A stretch of 61,755 bases of DNA, counting the filler, from Stramenopiles sp. TOSAG23-6 (taxonomy: Eukaryota): the NCBI GenBank assembly GCA_900128565.1. It is 18 parts of 18 records of this genome, joined end to end, with 100 filler letters (N's around TTAATTAATTAA, not from the genome) between each part and the next. Parts side by side here need not be neighbours in the genome. Positions count along the whole stretch, not along the records: positions 58,438 to 61,755 come from LT637559.1; 17 more parts are not named here. One strand, written 5' to 3'. Every line of letters begins with the position of its first letter. Within the stretch, counting starts at the first letter, position 1. The position numbers and the translations under genes were made by a program. The notes under the pieces were generated by a model, which worked only from the letters and a program-made list of their open reading frames with translations, ran no database searches and had not been told where the DNA came from. Positions 61,546 through 61,755 of this stretch are shown here, piece by piece.

Positions 61546-61755
61546 TTTCAATCGAATATTCTTTTAAGATTTACAATAGAGGACTTTGGAGTTCGCGAAT
61601 CGGCGAATGACATCAAAGAAATCAAGACTTTGACGCGACTTTTTTTTGACATCTGAATTTTTCCTTTTAGTTACCGGGTAATCTAATATAATCGAACATC
61701 CTAATTCTCAAAGGGCATGAGTATGAAAGTAATGAACTAATGAAGAAATTACATT

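Overview
This window is not one locus. It is 18 unlinked ~3.3-kb contigs of a very AT-rich microbial eukaryote, joined by N-TTAATTAATTAA-N spacers and sorted by size. The organism is probably flagellated (ARL3, ODA docking-complex gene); a stramenopile affinity is only a guess. Recognisable genes are mitochondrial uL23, COMMD4, a TMX-like thioredoxin, eIF4G, TRIP4/ASC-1, POLE2, UDP-glucose dehydrogenase, calreticulin, chitobiase, PPT1, ODAD1-like, a C2/EF-hand protein (contig present twice), myotubularin-PX, DENND6, PP2A-C and ARL3. The main result concerns the introns. Reconstructing conserved proteins by hand shows that almost all introns belong to a ~100-nt class with spliceosomal-type donors (GTATGT/GTACGT/GTAAGT, twice ATACGT) and a conserved sense-strand motif AAATTTTGTACCTAAC, but no 3' AG. 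They end in AT (mostly), AA, AC or GT, usually 15-17 nt after an AAATA element, and nearby AGs would frameshift the protein. The one protein-forced GT-AG intron (POLE2) lacks the motif. This points to an AG-independent intron system, possibly Introner-derived; RNA-seq is needed to confirm it. Secondary highlights are a secreted UIM protein with an apparently circularly permuted OTU deubiquitinase domain and other effector-like secreted orphans.
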